From the NCBI GenBank assembly GCA_051294905.1, contig CM119385.1, positions 18,476,001 to 18,540,000 of the forward strand: a stretch of 64,000 nt of DNA, given 5' to 3'. Below the pieces are notes generated by a model. That model worked only from the letters and a program-made list of their open reading frames with translations. It did no database searches and was not told where the DNA came from. Within the stretch, counting starts at the first letter, position 1; every line of letters starts with the position of its first letter. Origin of the DNA: Botryllus schlosseri. Its lineage: Eukaryota. The translations under genes and the position numbers were made by a program. Shown here one piece after another: positions 34,284 to 49,270 of this stretch.

Positions 34284-34755
34284 GTCTGGAAGGTGATATA
34301 GAAAAATGTATTTGTCGATCCAAACATAGTTTGCACCTCCTAAAACGTAAGTCAATTGTCACAGACTCACGCAGGTCGAAGTTTTTTGCATGTGAGGAAA
34401 GATTCAGCCAGCATGCCATTGTAGACAAAGTCGCGTACTGTAATCATGGGATTATCACAGAGAATTTTTCAAGTATTTTCGGTCCCAGTGTCTCATCGGT
34501 ACCACATCTCCCCTACATCACGCATTATAGACGACCGATTTCGAATCGTTGGGCGGGGCCGTTCACCATTGCATTTGTGTGCCTTGGAGTCGACTTTTAT
34601 CAAAATACAATAACCAAAACTCTGTCAACAAAAGGAGTTCGTGTACCACCTAAAAATAGTACATTGAACGCTATCTCATCCGAAATTTGATGCTGGGGAC
34701 GTCATATTTTGTGATACGATTGTTATACAATGTTCTTTCCAATTATCTACTAGTT

Positions 34756-34797
34756 GCTGACGATTACCCCTGACGAGTCAGCCGAAAATATTCGGGT
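34756..34797 (+). ncRNA. minimal type I hammerhead ribozyme motif (Penelope-like repeat)
   Basis: Stem I ACCC/GGGT, core CTGACGA (34770-34776), G-C closed loop II, GAA, palindromic stem III AATATT, cleavage site TC (34792-34793). Confidence 0.65.
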
Positions 34798-36108
34798 TCA
34801 TTTCAATATGAATATATACTATTCAATAGTAGAAATAATGAAAATTCGTTGTGGTACAACGAAAGATACTTTCCTACATTTTCGGGTAGAAAGTGTCTTT
34901 CTTTACCAAGTAGCTTGCCAATAATGGTGAAAAACGTTCTACAACAGCAGTTGTTGGCCGGCAACACAGTCGTGTTGCTTCATTCTGACAATGCTGTCTA
35001 CGTCACAATTTTTCATCATGTGCTTCTTGATATAAGAACCAATGCCCAGTGCCCACGCAGTCTCGCTTTCGTAAAGATATTGCGGTACGTTGAGCATAAC
35101 CTGTCAACCTACTTGTCATTGGACCGTTTATGATTCACAGTGAGCAGACAATGGGCCGTCTAAAACAGTAGGCTCCAAGCTGTAAAATGATGAGATCACC
35201 GACAGTGCAAACATCTACGATACAATCGAATCGAAGGTTGCAAAAAAATGTTGACTTTGTAAACAATTTCGGCATAACAAAAAAATCGCTCTACTCATAA
35301 GGCTGTCTATGTCTTGCAACACCACCGCCCCCCGTACTGTCCCGGAAATGCTAAACACGACCGCCGGAGGCCAGTTTTACTGATCAGGTCTTTGGTCTGG
35401 CCGGGGATTGCGCCCACGCAGGACGCTCCATCGTTACGTGATCTTGTCGGTTCGAGATCATTATTTCCACAAACGGTATGAATTCCCCGCTGCTGTGATT
35501 CCATTTGTTGCAACTTCACCAGTGTCGGCCCTCGCCGCCCACTTTCGAATTAGATGAGATCAGCGGTCGCTCCCATTACAACGCAACCCACGCCCGATAG
35601 AAGGCGTATCGTATATAACTCGTAAGACGAATGCTAATACCCCTCTTACACCGATGATTTCAAGAATGACAGTAAGTATTACAGCACTGTCGAAGATAAG
35701 AAAAAGTATATTTCCCAGATCGAAACTGATTCCCATAAATGTATGTGTGTTTACGGTTTTCGTTGTCAACTGTCAACAAGGTTACGTGTTTTGATTCATG
35801 GTTGGAACAATTTCAACGCAACAAGACCCGCGAATGCAGTAGCGAGAGTTAAACACCAAATTTAACCTGGTTTTGATCAGGAAACGCGTAGGTAGTGCGC
35901 GATCGCAAACGAAACCATCCAAAAGGCGACAAAGATCTACTCTTTAGCTACCCAACAGCTTGTCCGCTTGAATTGCCTCTTGTACGGCGCGCGAGCAACC
36001 GAATGCACATCCCGTAGTCGTACCGGCTCGCTTCGTTAGCAAGCAAGAGAACTACTCCCACTCTGCGTGAGGAATTTCCTACCTTGGAAAGCTCACTAGT
36101 GTAAGATA

Positions 36109-39100
36109 TCACGATTTCGTCCTTTTTGTGTTAGATTTCGCTTTCTTCTTCATGATCTGCAACCGCTTCTCGGCGTTGGCGGACGGAAGAGAACCCGCCT
36201 TTGAAGAGTTAGAGGAAACGGCGGTAGCCTTCGGAAACATCGAAGACTTCGCGCTACCGCCGCTCCAGTTAGGCTTGGAATTGGACTTCAAAGAACCGCT
36301 CGACGGTATGTCGGCTCCTAGAGCTTTCGCGAAGGTCAAATCGTCAGAAACCGCAAATTTCTGACTCGCCTTGATTTTGGAACCCTTACTATTTGACTTA
36401 TCCTTGAAATGGGACGCGGAAGAGGCAGGGTGCTTCGGCGACGAAGCGTGCGGGCTGTGGGCTTTGAGCGGAACTTGCGACTTCGACGGAGCGTTGTCGG
36501 TTGGCACGCTCTTTCCGCTTAATGCAGCCCAGCCAGCCAGCGAACCGCCGGAGGCACCATTTCCAGCAGCAGGAAGGGTCGTCTAAAAATAATATAACAG
36601 TTTTGCGATCGGAATGCTGGTAAAGTATAGCGGTTAACTTCAATACAGCTATTATTTTCATGTAGTCTCAAGTTTCTGTATCAGTATCAGACTTCGTTAG
36701 GTCATTCCTTTCGTTGCAGCCTCGCTACTTCGACCTGGCCTAAACGATTTGCTACCACGTGGTTGGGTGGAATTTCGCGACTAAAGCAAAAATGACAAAT
36801 TCATTAGATTTGCCTAAAACCAGTCCAAGTACACGTGGAAGTAGTGTAAAACAAAACCACTCAAGTAGCTCGCAAAACCTACCGAGTACCTCGAAAAATT
36901 AGCAGCACTCTGTTGCTAACAATGTCTGATAAACACAGAATAGGTGATGCCCTGCATAGGGCTGGTGTAAACGATATGGGCACTGGGCAGGTATATGCTC
37001 AAGGTAAAAAGAAATGACAGCAGCTACAAACTACAAGCCGAAGTTTTGTCTCTTGACTGATAGGTTTAGTATAAATGTAGTGTTTTAGGCAATCCGAATA
37101 TAGTTGCATTTAATCTAATCCCTCGATTCGATGCCAGGACCAGGGCCGCAGCCTATGCGAGTGATAAAAGGTGCCAGCCCCCACCAAATTTTCACTCGGA
37201 CATTGTGCGGTCGTTCGTTTCACTGCGTCACAACCGATGTGCGTAACGTCACGTGCGTCAAAGGCATGAAGACGAATAATAGGTCTCCAAGCACAGATGC
37301 ATCAATGTCTTGAATGAATACGCCTCACCGATCAGGGCCCTTCCAGCTTGCTTGAACAGCTTTCAGGGAAGGTCTGTTCACCAAATTTAGCACACTGCGT
37401 CTCCATACCTTGGAAACATGAATACAGAAATCACAACCGTACTCATAACAAGATATGGAGCGGGCACAATGTAAACGGTAACGAAGCGGTATGTCGGGAG
37501 GTGTGCTATTGTCATATTTAAGGGTGCAACACATGAGTGAGCAAGTGTCTTCAGGCTTCACGGGTGGTTGTGCCATAAATTACACAAGCAATCCATATTG
37601 ACAGATTTGAACATCGGCACTTAGCAATAGAAGGATGTGGCTAAAACGTCTGATAGACGTAAAATCAACAATAAGCTACACCAGTGTCCAATAGAACGAA
37701 TAATTCAATCAGAATCGGGTACCAATTGTAACGATTTACGTTGATTGCTTCGAGACCCATTTTTTGTGACCAAGCATTGTTTTGTCAACGAGAACTATAG
37801 TTTATTTACTCGCTTCTTCCCGCCCAGGTATCATTAAAATCTAGATTGGTCGTACAGAAGCATACACAACATGCTGCATGCGGCTATGCAATATGCATGT
37901 TCATGAAATCGATATTTCTTGGTAGTGATCCACTGATGGCGTTGTAACCAGGGCTGCGGAGTCAGAATCGTACTTTAATAAAATTTTCTCTGATGTAGTC
38001 GGAGCCACAGAAAATTCCGTAATATCTTTTGCAGTAAGAACTTGCTGGCTGGAGTCGAAGCAAACTTCAACTCCCCCAACATAGGACTTATTGTCCTCTA
38101 ATGTTACTAGAAAGTGCCGTTGCAGTGATGCAAGCTATCAAGATTCTGACGGGCGCTCCTTCACAAATTATATTGATTGGCAATAATACCAACAAAAAAT
38201 GTAATAAACGTAAAATTTTCTGTATTCGAGTCAGAGTGACTTAAGCTCCCTAACTCGGTTCATCGATAAATGCCTGCTGTCTGTGGTGAAGTGAACCAAC
38301 TCCGCAGCCCTGGTTTTAACGACGCATTAGCTCCTACTTTTGAATAAAAATTATGAAAAATATTTCATAAGAAGTGTAACAGGCAGTATTTTATTTGCAG
38401 TGGAATAAAAGGTGATACAGACAACAAGCAATACCCGGATATTCGAAGCTTAATCGAATCTGTTGGGTTCTCGATTTCTCACAGACCTAACGACCTACTC
38501 AAGTAGAAATACCGACTTTCAACACCACGACTGCCTGGACAAGAGAATTTCCAACTTGAAACCCCCCCCCCAAAAAAAAAAAAAGTGTCGGTGATAGTGT
38601 AGTGGAAATTTCTATAGACTATGCCTACTACTGTTTCAACCATGTCAACCATGTTGTCAGGTGTGTGACGGCAACCTCTAGGGAATATCGGGTGTCGTGT
38701 TCCATGACTTACCTGACGAGTGAAATGATGCAGGACTGGGCGAGATTTGGAAAGTCCATAATTTCACCAAAAACATGCTTACCATACCAGAAAGAAACCG
38801 ATTCAAAAACATACTAAAACTTTGCAGACTTCACGACGGCTTTGGGAAGTCGTATACAAACCTTCATCTCATGCCTCTTAAACGGGTTTACAAACGCGGG
38901 TTTCGAATCGGGGGAACTAACGCGCTCCTGAACATGGTTTGAATGTATCGCTGTAGAAAGGAGGAATACATTGTTTGAAAACACACGAAGACAAGCTTTA
39001 CTTAACAGTTGTAAGGACAGACAAGCATAGCAACAAAGTAGCTAGGTTTGTCACGTCAGTAAACGAACTGTAGTTTCAAAGTGTGTGTTTGGAATAACCA

Positions 39101-42100
39101 TTTAGGACAAATCAGAATCAATTCAACTATCGTAGGACCAAATAAACACAGGTGGCCATTGTTGGTGCCAAAGTAGAGGTAGAAGTAATGCTGTCAATTT
39201 CTATTTAATTACAAGTAGTGATTTCCAAGGCATGTCAAAAAGACTTCAAGAAGTTAAAGCACAATGAAAGGAACTCAAGTAATTTCAAAAAGTAGATTTT
39301 GTCGTCACGACACATACTATTAGCAGCAGATCGAAGGCGGCTACTTTCAAAGCTGCAGTTTGCATCTTCACGACTTATGACACTTCAAACTCGTAAATAT
39401 GTGCTGTTACCGTCATGCAGGGGCTATTTCGCCCAGTGAATTATGACAATTTCACTCAGTAACGTTATGGAAACCTATCTCGAAACTACTTCCTACTTCA
39501 GAAAATCGAAAGTTAATAAACTAATTAGTCTTGCCTAACGATCGTAAGCAAAGGCGGAAGACTTATAAGTAGTGAGTAAGTAGGCAAATCCTATTTGAGT
39601 ATTCAGAAACAGTAGTATTTCATTACTGACCACCTCTGTACATAAATCAACACTATCAACGGCTGCATGCAGCATCTAGATCTTAATACGTTTGCATTTA
39701 GCCGAGCGTCCGGCAACATAAATTAGCTACTCCTTCATCACCCACCCTGTGAAGACTTGGAGTTGATCTGTTTCGCTACTTTCTTCATATTCTTCTGACA
39801 CCATGAGCAATACCAAACGCATCGCGGATCGTTCGTTTCTTGCCGACTAATATGAGGCTGGTGGCATTCCTGTTGAAATAGGAATTGACAAAAAATCAAT
39901 GACTAAGCCTGGAAAAGAAATCGGAATAGTGTTCTTGCGATGCATCACTAATCACATTGCGATTTGTAGCAATAGGTTTTTACTTCGGAGCCATCTCAAC
40001 CAGGAGCCAGGTACGATAGTTCATGTGACGCGAGTCTAACTTCCTCCAAGCAGCACGAGGGTTAAAAGGGACGATGTTCCTCTATTACAAACACTTCTAA
40101 ATAGGCCATTAGTGACACAGGACAGCTTAATCACGACACTCGCGGTAGATATTCAACTATGTGCGGTTACATTTTACGCTACGTGCTCAGTCGGAAGAAG
40201 ATGCACTAAAAATCTTTGGACTTGAATATTTATATCTACACTACAAAGAACAGAGTCTAGGAAGCACTCCAGTGGAACTAAATTAATAAGCCTGTTTCAA
40301 GTGTGTTTGATAAGCTTTTGGCAGGATAATAAAAAAAGCCCATAATCACCGGAGATGAACAGTAGCAAGGTGCTTTTTATTTAGGAGTGAAGCAAATAAA
40401 TTTTGCTTGTACTATTAGAGTTCAGTTGAATTTTTCTGAACTTCAAATTCAAGATACACATTTCCAACATTTCAAATTTTCTTGATTAGTCGGTACTGTT
40501 TGGATTGATTCTTAGCAAAATATTGAGAAGACACGCATAACCCTAGCGCAGCATAGGCTGTCTATCCCAAAGACCAGAACTAGTTTGGCGGCATGATGAA
40601 AATACCCTGGAAACATTGGCCGTCTCTAGCTACACAAGACGTGGGATATTTCGGTGCAATTTTACACTTTGACAGCGAAGGTGACAAAGCTTCGGATACA
40701 GGAAATTGAGTTTCCTTTCTCAAATTTATCTTGACACGGCGCGTCAAGTGTCCGGGCAAGCCGAGAACCATGGCACAATGACACGTTGGGAAACAGGCCC
40801 TGGATTGTGGATATGGAAAGAGACACTTCACAAATAAAACTTCCCTACCCAGTGACACCTCTCAATTCCGCCTAAACACATTCCTCCCTAATGAAATCGG
40901 TGAGGATTTAATCTAAATTGTATCCTATATATTGGATATAAATAATGGAGCATAACTGTTACAATACAAAATTCGTCCAAGTCACGGGGAAGCCGCATGA
41001 TACCATCCAGTTTCAAATATCATAAAACTCACCTCTGGGTTGCTACCCCATGGCGACTGGCGTTTATTAGGGGTTGGGACTATCAACCTTAAGCCTATCA
41101 GGTAAAATTCAAACTTTATTTCAAATTTTAATTAAATAACATTAATATTATAATTGTCACTGGTAAGATTTGGTGTCTCGTTTCCAAGTTGAATTTTGGT
41201 TGGTGCTTATAGCTAGCGTTGGAACAAATATCACGACACTTGGGTATAGTTCAAGGCGTTTGCATTGTTGCAACAATGTGGCTTACTCGTGATATAGCCT
41301 AGCATTTGTGCAAATCGTTTAATGTACTTCTACCACAATATTTAGGACAGATTTTTACTACGACACAAAAATGAAGTCGCTGACGACACGAGACTAGCAC
41401 AACTCAACGCGCTATTTCAGAAATGAACTAATGAGCATTTCAAGCCAACAACCGTCACACGAGCTAAGCCAGTGGTTCTCAACCTTTTTGACCTCACAGA
41501 CCGGTACAGCTTCAAAACAAATGTGTTGTAACCAGGGCTGCGGAGTCAGAATCGTACTTTAATAAAATTTTGGTGACTTTTCCATTCATTATAGCCTCTA
41601 TTAAACCACCAAGATTCGTTCAATTGCATTGTCGTAATTTTGCAATGTCTGTTTTAAAGTATTTTTACTATTTACTTTCACATACAACTTGTCCGAAATA
41701 AGTCGTTCTAAACTGTTTAAAATTAGCGTACAACACTTGCACCATCGTGCCATACATCCAAAGTACATCATGAACTCTCTATTTCGACATGACGCAGAAA
41801 AATATGTTCCAAATACATTAATCTATTTAAAATCTGATGCTTAAATTCTCTAATGGACAAGTGCTTCTTGGAGGTACAGAACTCAGTATACAATTGAATA
41901 GTATATCAACGATTGTTGATATACAATGTTCTTCCTTATTATCTACTAGTTGCTGACGATTGCCCCTGACGAGTGTCAGCCGAAAATATTCGGGTTCATT
42001 TCAATATCAATATACTATTCAATTGTATAATGGACAAGTGTTTAACTTCTAACGTTTTGGAATTAGGATATAAAATTCTTTATATTTGGCGGACCGGCGC

Positions 42101-44175
42101 GAGAACCACTGACTTAGGCAGTACTATGGCTGCGAAGATATTATATTATGCAAAAATTATATCTCCAGAACTTGCCATATAAAAAATTCTGTTCATCAGG
42201 ATGTGTCATCGGGAGATATCGTAAACTCGTATATGTGCTTGCCAACCAGAAAATGTTAGGATCCACTGGACTATGATATCCCACCATGTTTTACTTACTC
42301 TGTGATATAGATTGTGACATTCATGGCATTCCACCGGGGTACCTTTCTCTGTTGAAGACCTCCTAGACAGAAGGAAAATATGACAGGTAAGACATCTCTC
42401 TATATAATTGTATATTGCTGTGACCTATATAATATATACCAAACAACGTTGAATTTTGGTAGACAAGTTCTGAGACATGCATATATTATCATGTTATTAT
42501 TGAATAGCTAGAATATTGGGACAATCACCGAATACTGGTTCTTTCTCGAATGAACCTTTAATCATATTGCCGAGACAATGAAACTATAATATAAATGTAA
42601 CCAGATCGAGTGAAACGGAAGTGTGTGCTGCTTGATAATGTCATTGTAATGTAATCAGATATTTGCCTTGGCAAGTAATGCTCAAGTGTGAAATCAGTGG
42701 TAGGATTGTCAAGGGGATATACAGCCAATTCATGATTAGACATGCTAGCTGCTTGGCCATCCATTGCAGTCATAGATTATTTCAATCAAGGGAAATCAAG
42801 CTCAGTATGGTTTTATGTGGATTGAAAGACCACACAGACTAAATCTACTGCTACCTATCTCAAAGAATACAAAATTATAGCTTAATCATTAATGTACATC
42901 CTGGATTGAATTTCGATTAGTTCTTTCATTCTTGTGATAATGCAATAAGATTTAGGAACAAAGTACGTTGTGAAAATACTACTTGGGCTTAATGTTATGT
43001 AAAATACAGATTATATGGGTTTGGAATGTGTAAATTAGTAAGGTTTGATAATCTGCCATGGACTGTTTATGGCTCAGTGAATAATCGACTATCCAAATAG
43101 TGGGGGTATGTGTGTTGAGTGTACTGCAGATCCGTCTGGAACAGAGAGTCAGCATACTTGCAAATCGCGCAGGTGTCTATGTCCGTGTCCATATCAAGTG
43201 TATAATCTTTTGCATCAGAGCTTGACTCACTGTTCAAAAGATACAACGATATTCAGCAATAGAGCTTGAAAAACAGCAGGCGCATCGTCAAGTGAGTACT
43301 AGTTATTGTTAGACACTGGACTCAGAACATTGCGTATCGTCAGCATCAAGTAGAAAATTAGGTCAATTGAAGTATTCATATGAAACTATGCAATGATCTT
43401 TGCACCAGCATAACAAAGGCAACAAGTATCACATACCAATGGCAATAATTGTTGGGTCAAGGCATAATTAGTGTGACTCGTTATCCCATAACAATAACAT
43501 ACTTACCTAGAATCATTTCGAACTTTGACATCACTTGATAGAAAGGCAGTTGGCGATGATGAATCATATCTAGCTTTTTTCGCAACATCTTGATTCAATT
43601 CTTCTAAATCTTTTTGGATCTAACAAAATTCATGACATGCTCGATCAATATAATGATTTTAAACCTGGCAGACAGATCATTTTTTCAAGGCTGGTTTATA
43701 AGAAACTAGACCACTACATTCTCATTCACTGACTAAGGAATACCTAGAATCTAGCCAGAATACACGAACCACCGCTTAACAGAGTAGTTTTAGAGTTGGA
43801 ACAATGCATATAAGATATTAACTGCAATAAATGTTACCTTCTCTAGTTGACGTTTTTGCGCCAAGTCTTTCTCTTTCTTTGACTTCAGATCATGAGCAGT
43901 CTTGCCCGATTTGACCGGGTGCTTCGCATTTTTTATGGCAGTCGAAGACTTGTCTAATATCCCCCTGTAATCTTGCTTTCTACGAAGGATAGGACACGTT
44001 ACGGGATTTCAAGATATCAATTATATCAATAATTCGCATCTTACTTCTTCATACTTTGCTGAATGGCGTCATCCAGCATTTTTTGAAGTTTTGTGGTTGC
44101 ATCTGGGCTCTTAGAAAAGAGGTAACCGAGTGCTTTGATGAAATGTGGATCGAGTTCGCTATTCGACGCTGACAT
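36109..44175 (-). CDS. INTS12: Integrator complex subunit 12, 8 exons, about 378 aa
   Basis: Exons 44175-44045, 43964-43838, 43619-43507, 43229-43158, 42362-42299, 39869-39780 (donor uncertain), 38927-38862, 36582-36109; phases compatible. N-terminus ELDPHFIKALGYLFSKS, PHD finger CAIC...VECHECHNLYHRECHQP...DPRCVWYCSWC, FKRHEMK, LAGWAA and KRLQIMKKKA all match INTS12. Confidence 0.93.
37949..38312. mobile_element. hAT MITE in an INTS12 intron
   Basis: TIR CAGGGCTGCGGAGT / ACTCCGCAGCCCTG; TSD GTTGTAAC vs GTTTTAAC (7 of 8). Confidence 0.85.
41864..42027 (+). mobile_element. short Penelope-like insertion carrying a hammerhead motif
   Basis: 13-bp direct repeat TAATGGACAAGTG (41851-41863 and 42028-42040); 20-bp perfect inverted repeat 41887-41906 / 42010-42029; homologous to about 34717-34829 and 61037-61097. 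Confidence 0.6.
41952..41995 (+). ncRNA. minimal type I hammerhead ribozyme motif, second copy
   Basis: Stem I GCCC/GGGT, core CTGACGA (41966-41972), loop II TGTCAGC closed by G-C, GAA-AATATT-C. Confidence 0.65.
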
Positions 44176-46378
44176 CGTGAAATCAAAACAAAAACGGGCA
44201 GCGCTCCGCCGCTCACTACGCCAGGACTGCAGGCCGTAAATGAAGCCAAGACGAGAGACGCTATCCTTTTTCTACGAACAATGTTAAACAAAAGCGAGAG
44301 AAGAAGGGTAAAAAGGAATGAGTAAACTCGAATCAAGATTCAACTGGACGTAACGTAATCTCTCCGTTCTTCACACAGCGCCCTTCAGTGGCGGTCTGTT
44401 GCGAAGAAACTCGAAAGGATATGAAATGTGTGGGAGAATTTTTACTTTTGTTCCACACGCTGGTACAAACTACAAAGTATGTCTGATATCATTTTGGGGT
44501 GAAAACTCCACCAGATTCGCTATTTGTTATAAATATTTCCCATATTATTGCCCACGTGGAAAAATATCACCTTACTTGGTAACAAAATATCAAATTAATG
44601 AACTGGAACGAGATATCTCGGTGGTGCAGATAATAGCTATGGTACAGATTTGTTCTTAACAATGCAAGTCGTTAGAAAAGATGACTCTATTAATTCTATA
44701 TTTTCATTCCCTGTAAATACTAGTACACGATGTGCACCATGTGGATTTGCGCAAGTCACGCTTATTTGGATAAACGTCGAATCGATATGCGATTACATGA
44801 AACTATCAAGGACATTGGGCCAGTATGCAGTCTGGCATCGATTTTACAAGCATATGTCTACGCTGACACGGACATTGGACAACAGCACAATACTGCCTGA
44901 AATGTGTCTTGGATTTCGATCTTTTCCGACACGCTTCAGTAAGCGCTGCCGTGGTAGTGGTGTAGTTGTCGAGTCAACGGCACGTAATCTTTGATCGAAA
45001 GTACGCCTCTGCGCAACTGGCTGTCGAGAATTCGCAATAGCAATTTCCGTATGCCGCGCGATCATAACAGATATCCAACAAGTTTTGAAATCCGACGCTG
45101 AACACTCCTTCGTACACCTTGCATTTTCATAGATCACGATTCGAGTTGGAGTAACAGCACTGCACGAATACCCGCAGGAAGGCATGCGAGCATCGCCGCC
45201 ATGAATTCGTTTGGTTTGGCTCATACAGCTGATTATGTTGCTGAAGTGCTGGCACACTCAAATTCGAAATTATTCAGTTTCTGCTGCCCACACCGAGGTT
45301 CGTGTCAAGCGCACATTGTCTTCTGGAAATCCTAATCTAATTCACCAATGAGTTGACTGCTCCAAGTCGCTTCGACACCTTCCTACTTTTTCATTGTATC
45401 GCATTTTTGTGGTGTATTTAACTGATAAAATTTGCTAATAAACCAATGATGAAACTGAAATAAACGACTCCCTCGTGATTGATATAACAGGTGGGACAGC
45501 ACCCATACAGTAGGTTAAACTGCGAATTTCCAGTTGCTCAAACCATAACATGAAGTAATTCAAACATGGTCTCTATGACAGGCAGATGCAAGTGTGACCT
45601 CAAATCTAAATCGACCTCATGATTACCGTAATATGTCATTGATCAGTCTTGAATTAATATTGATCCTCTACCGATGTCTGCGCGAAAGCTTTCATTTTTC
45701 TTGCATCGATAACCAACACTATATGACTTTCCAGTGCCTGGTGGGTGCTGGGAAGCGTACAAGATAACAGTAACTAGCACCCGAAATATTTATTTCATGG
45801 CATAAATCAATTTTAAAAGTCGATTCATTTCAAGCTCGAATTCTAGTAAACTTTATATTATTCACGTCCCTACAGATTATTGAAAATTTATCGATGCACC
45901 GTGTCAGACTTTACTTGCACCAAATTTCTAAAAACTTCAGATCTACTAAACAGGTTATAAAACTTGCTATTCAGCTAAATTTTCCAACTGCAGAATTCTA
46001 TTGTGCCAGCTAGAAGATAATTACAGCTCGTTTAACAGCCCTACGATCTGACAAAGACACACGAGGTCATATCTTCAAATCACACAAACGGACAAGTATA
46101 CAAACAACTGTATTCCATCAAGTACACCGCAGATCGGAATAGTATATTTCATAACTCAACAGAACGGAAAACCGGTAACAAGTATTGCTGGCGGAGAACG
46201 CGACAGCAACGCCGGAAATGGGAGCGACACTGGGAGATGACATCACACTGATAACAGTTGTATGTACATTGAATAAACAAATAAATTATAGCGAGCTACG
46301 CTAAGATTTAGCGAGACAGTCGTTCGGGCGACCACAAAATGTGTGTCAAAGATTCTTATAGACTTACAAATACAAAGT

Positions 46379-48787
<2,409 letters not shown>

Positions 48788-49270
48788 TCAATGCAGGAAT
48801 CGAGCCTACAGATATACGTTTTACGTTATTTCTAAAAAAAATAAGAAAGAGTTAAGAAAAAATAATGGCGTGGTGTGAAGCTGGCGCCGCTGCCGACCGT
48901 ACCAACAAGAACATGGTTGAAACAGTGAAGAGCATTTTATCAAATTCCCGATCGCCAACACATTACACGTGTCCACTGTCCAGTGTAGCATTCTGTGACC
49001 AAGTGTCACGCATATTGACAGGCAGATTTCAAAAATGGGTAGGCAGTGCTGAGAAATGCGCAAAAGAAAAAAGAAATTGCTCACATAATCACATTGCAGT
49101 GATTTACGACCTAGATCATGCCTAGTCTGAGAGACAATGAATGTAAAATCAAGGTCACTGTGATCAATAATGGAATATCAAGCTGATAAAGAGAAAAAGC
49201 AGTATTAATAGCAAGATCAAGCGAAAGCTGCAATAATGGTCACAGACTCACAGATGGCTGACATAATCTC

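Noticed and set aside
34960-35000. VVLLHSDNA as a mariner DDD motif
   Set aside because: No other transposase motifs or TA-flanked TIRs nearby.
36920-37580. Open frames on both strands in INTS12 intron 7 (also 42150-42260 and 42558-42773)
   Set aside because: Several frames look equally plausible, none gives a recognisable domain, and no consistent splice chain could be built.
38709-38730. CTGACGAGTGAAA as another hammerhead
   Set aside because: No stem II closure, no stem I or III pairing, and not part of the repeat family.
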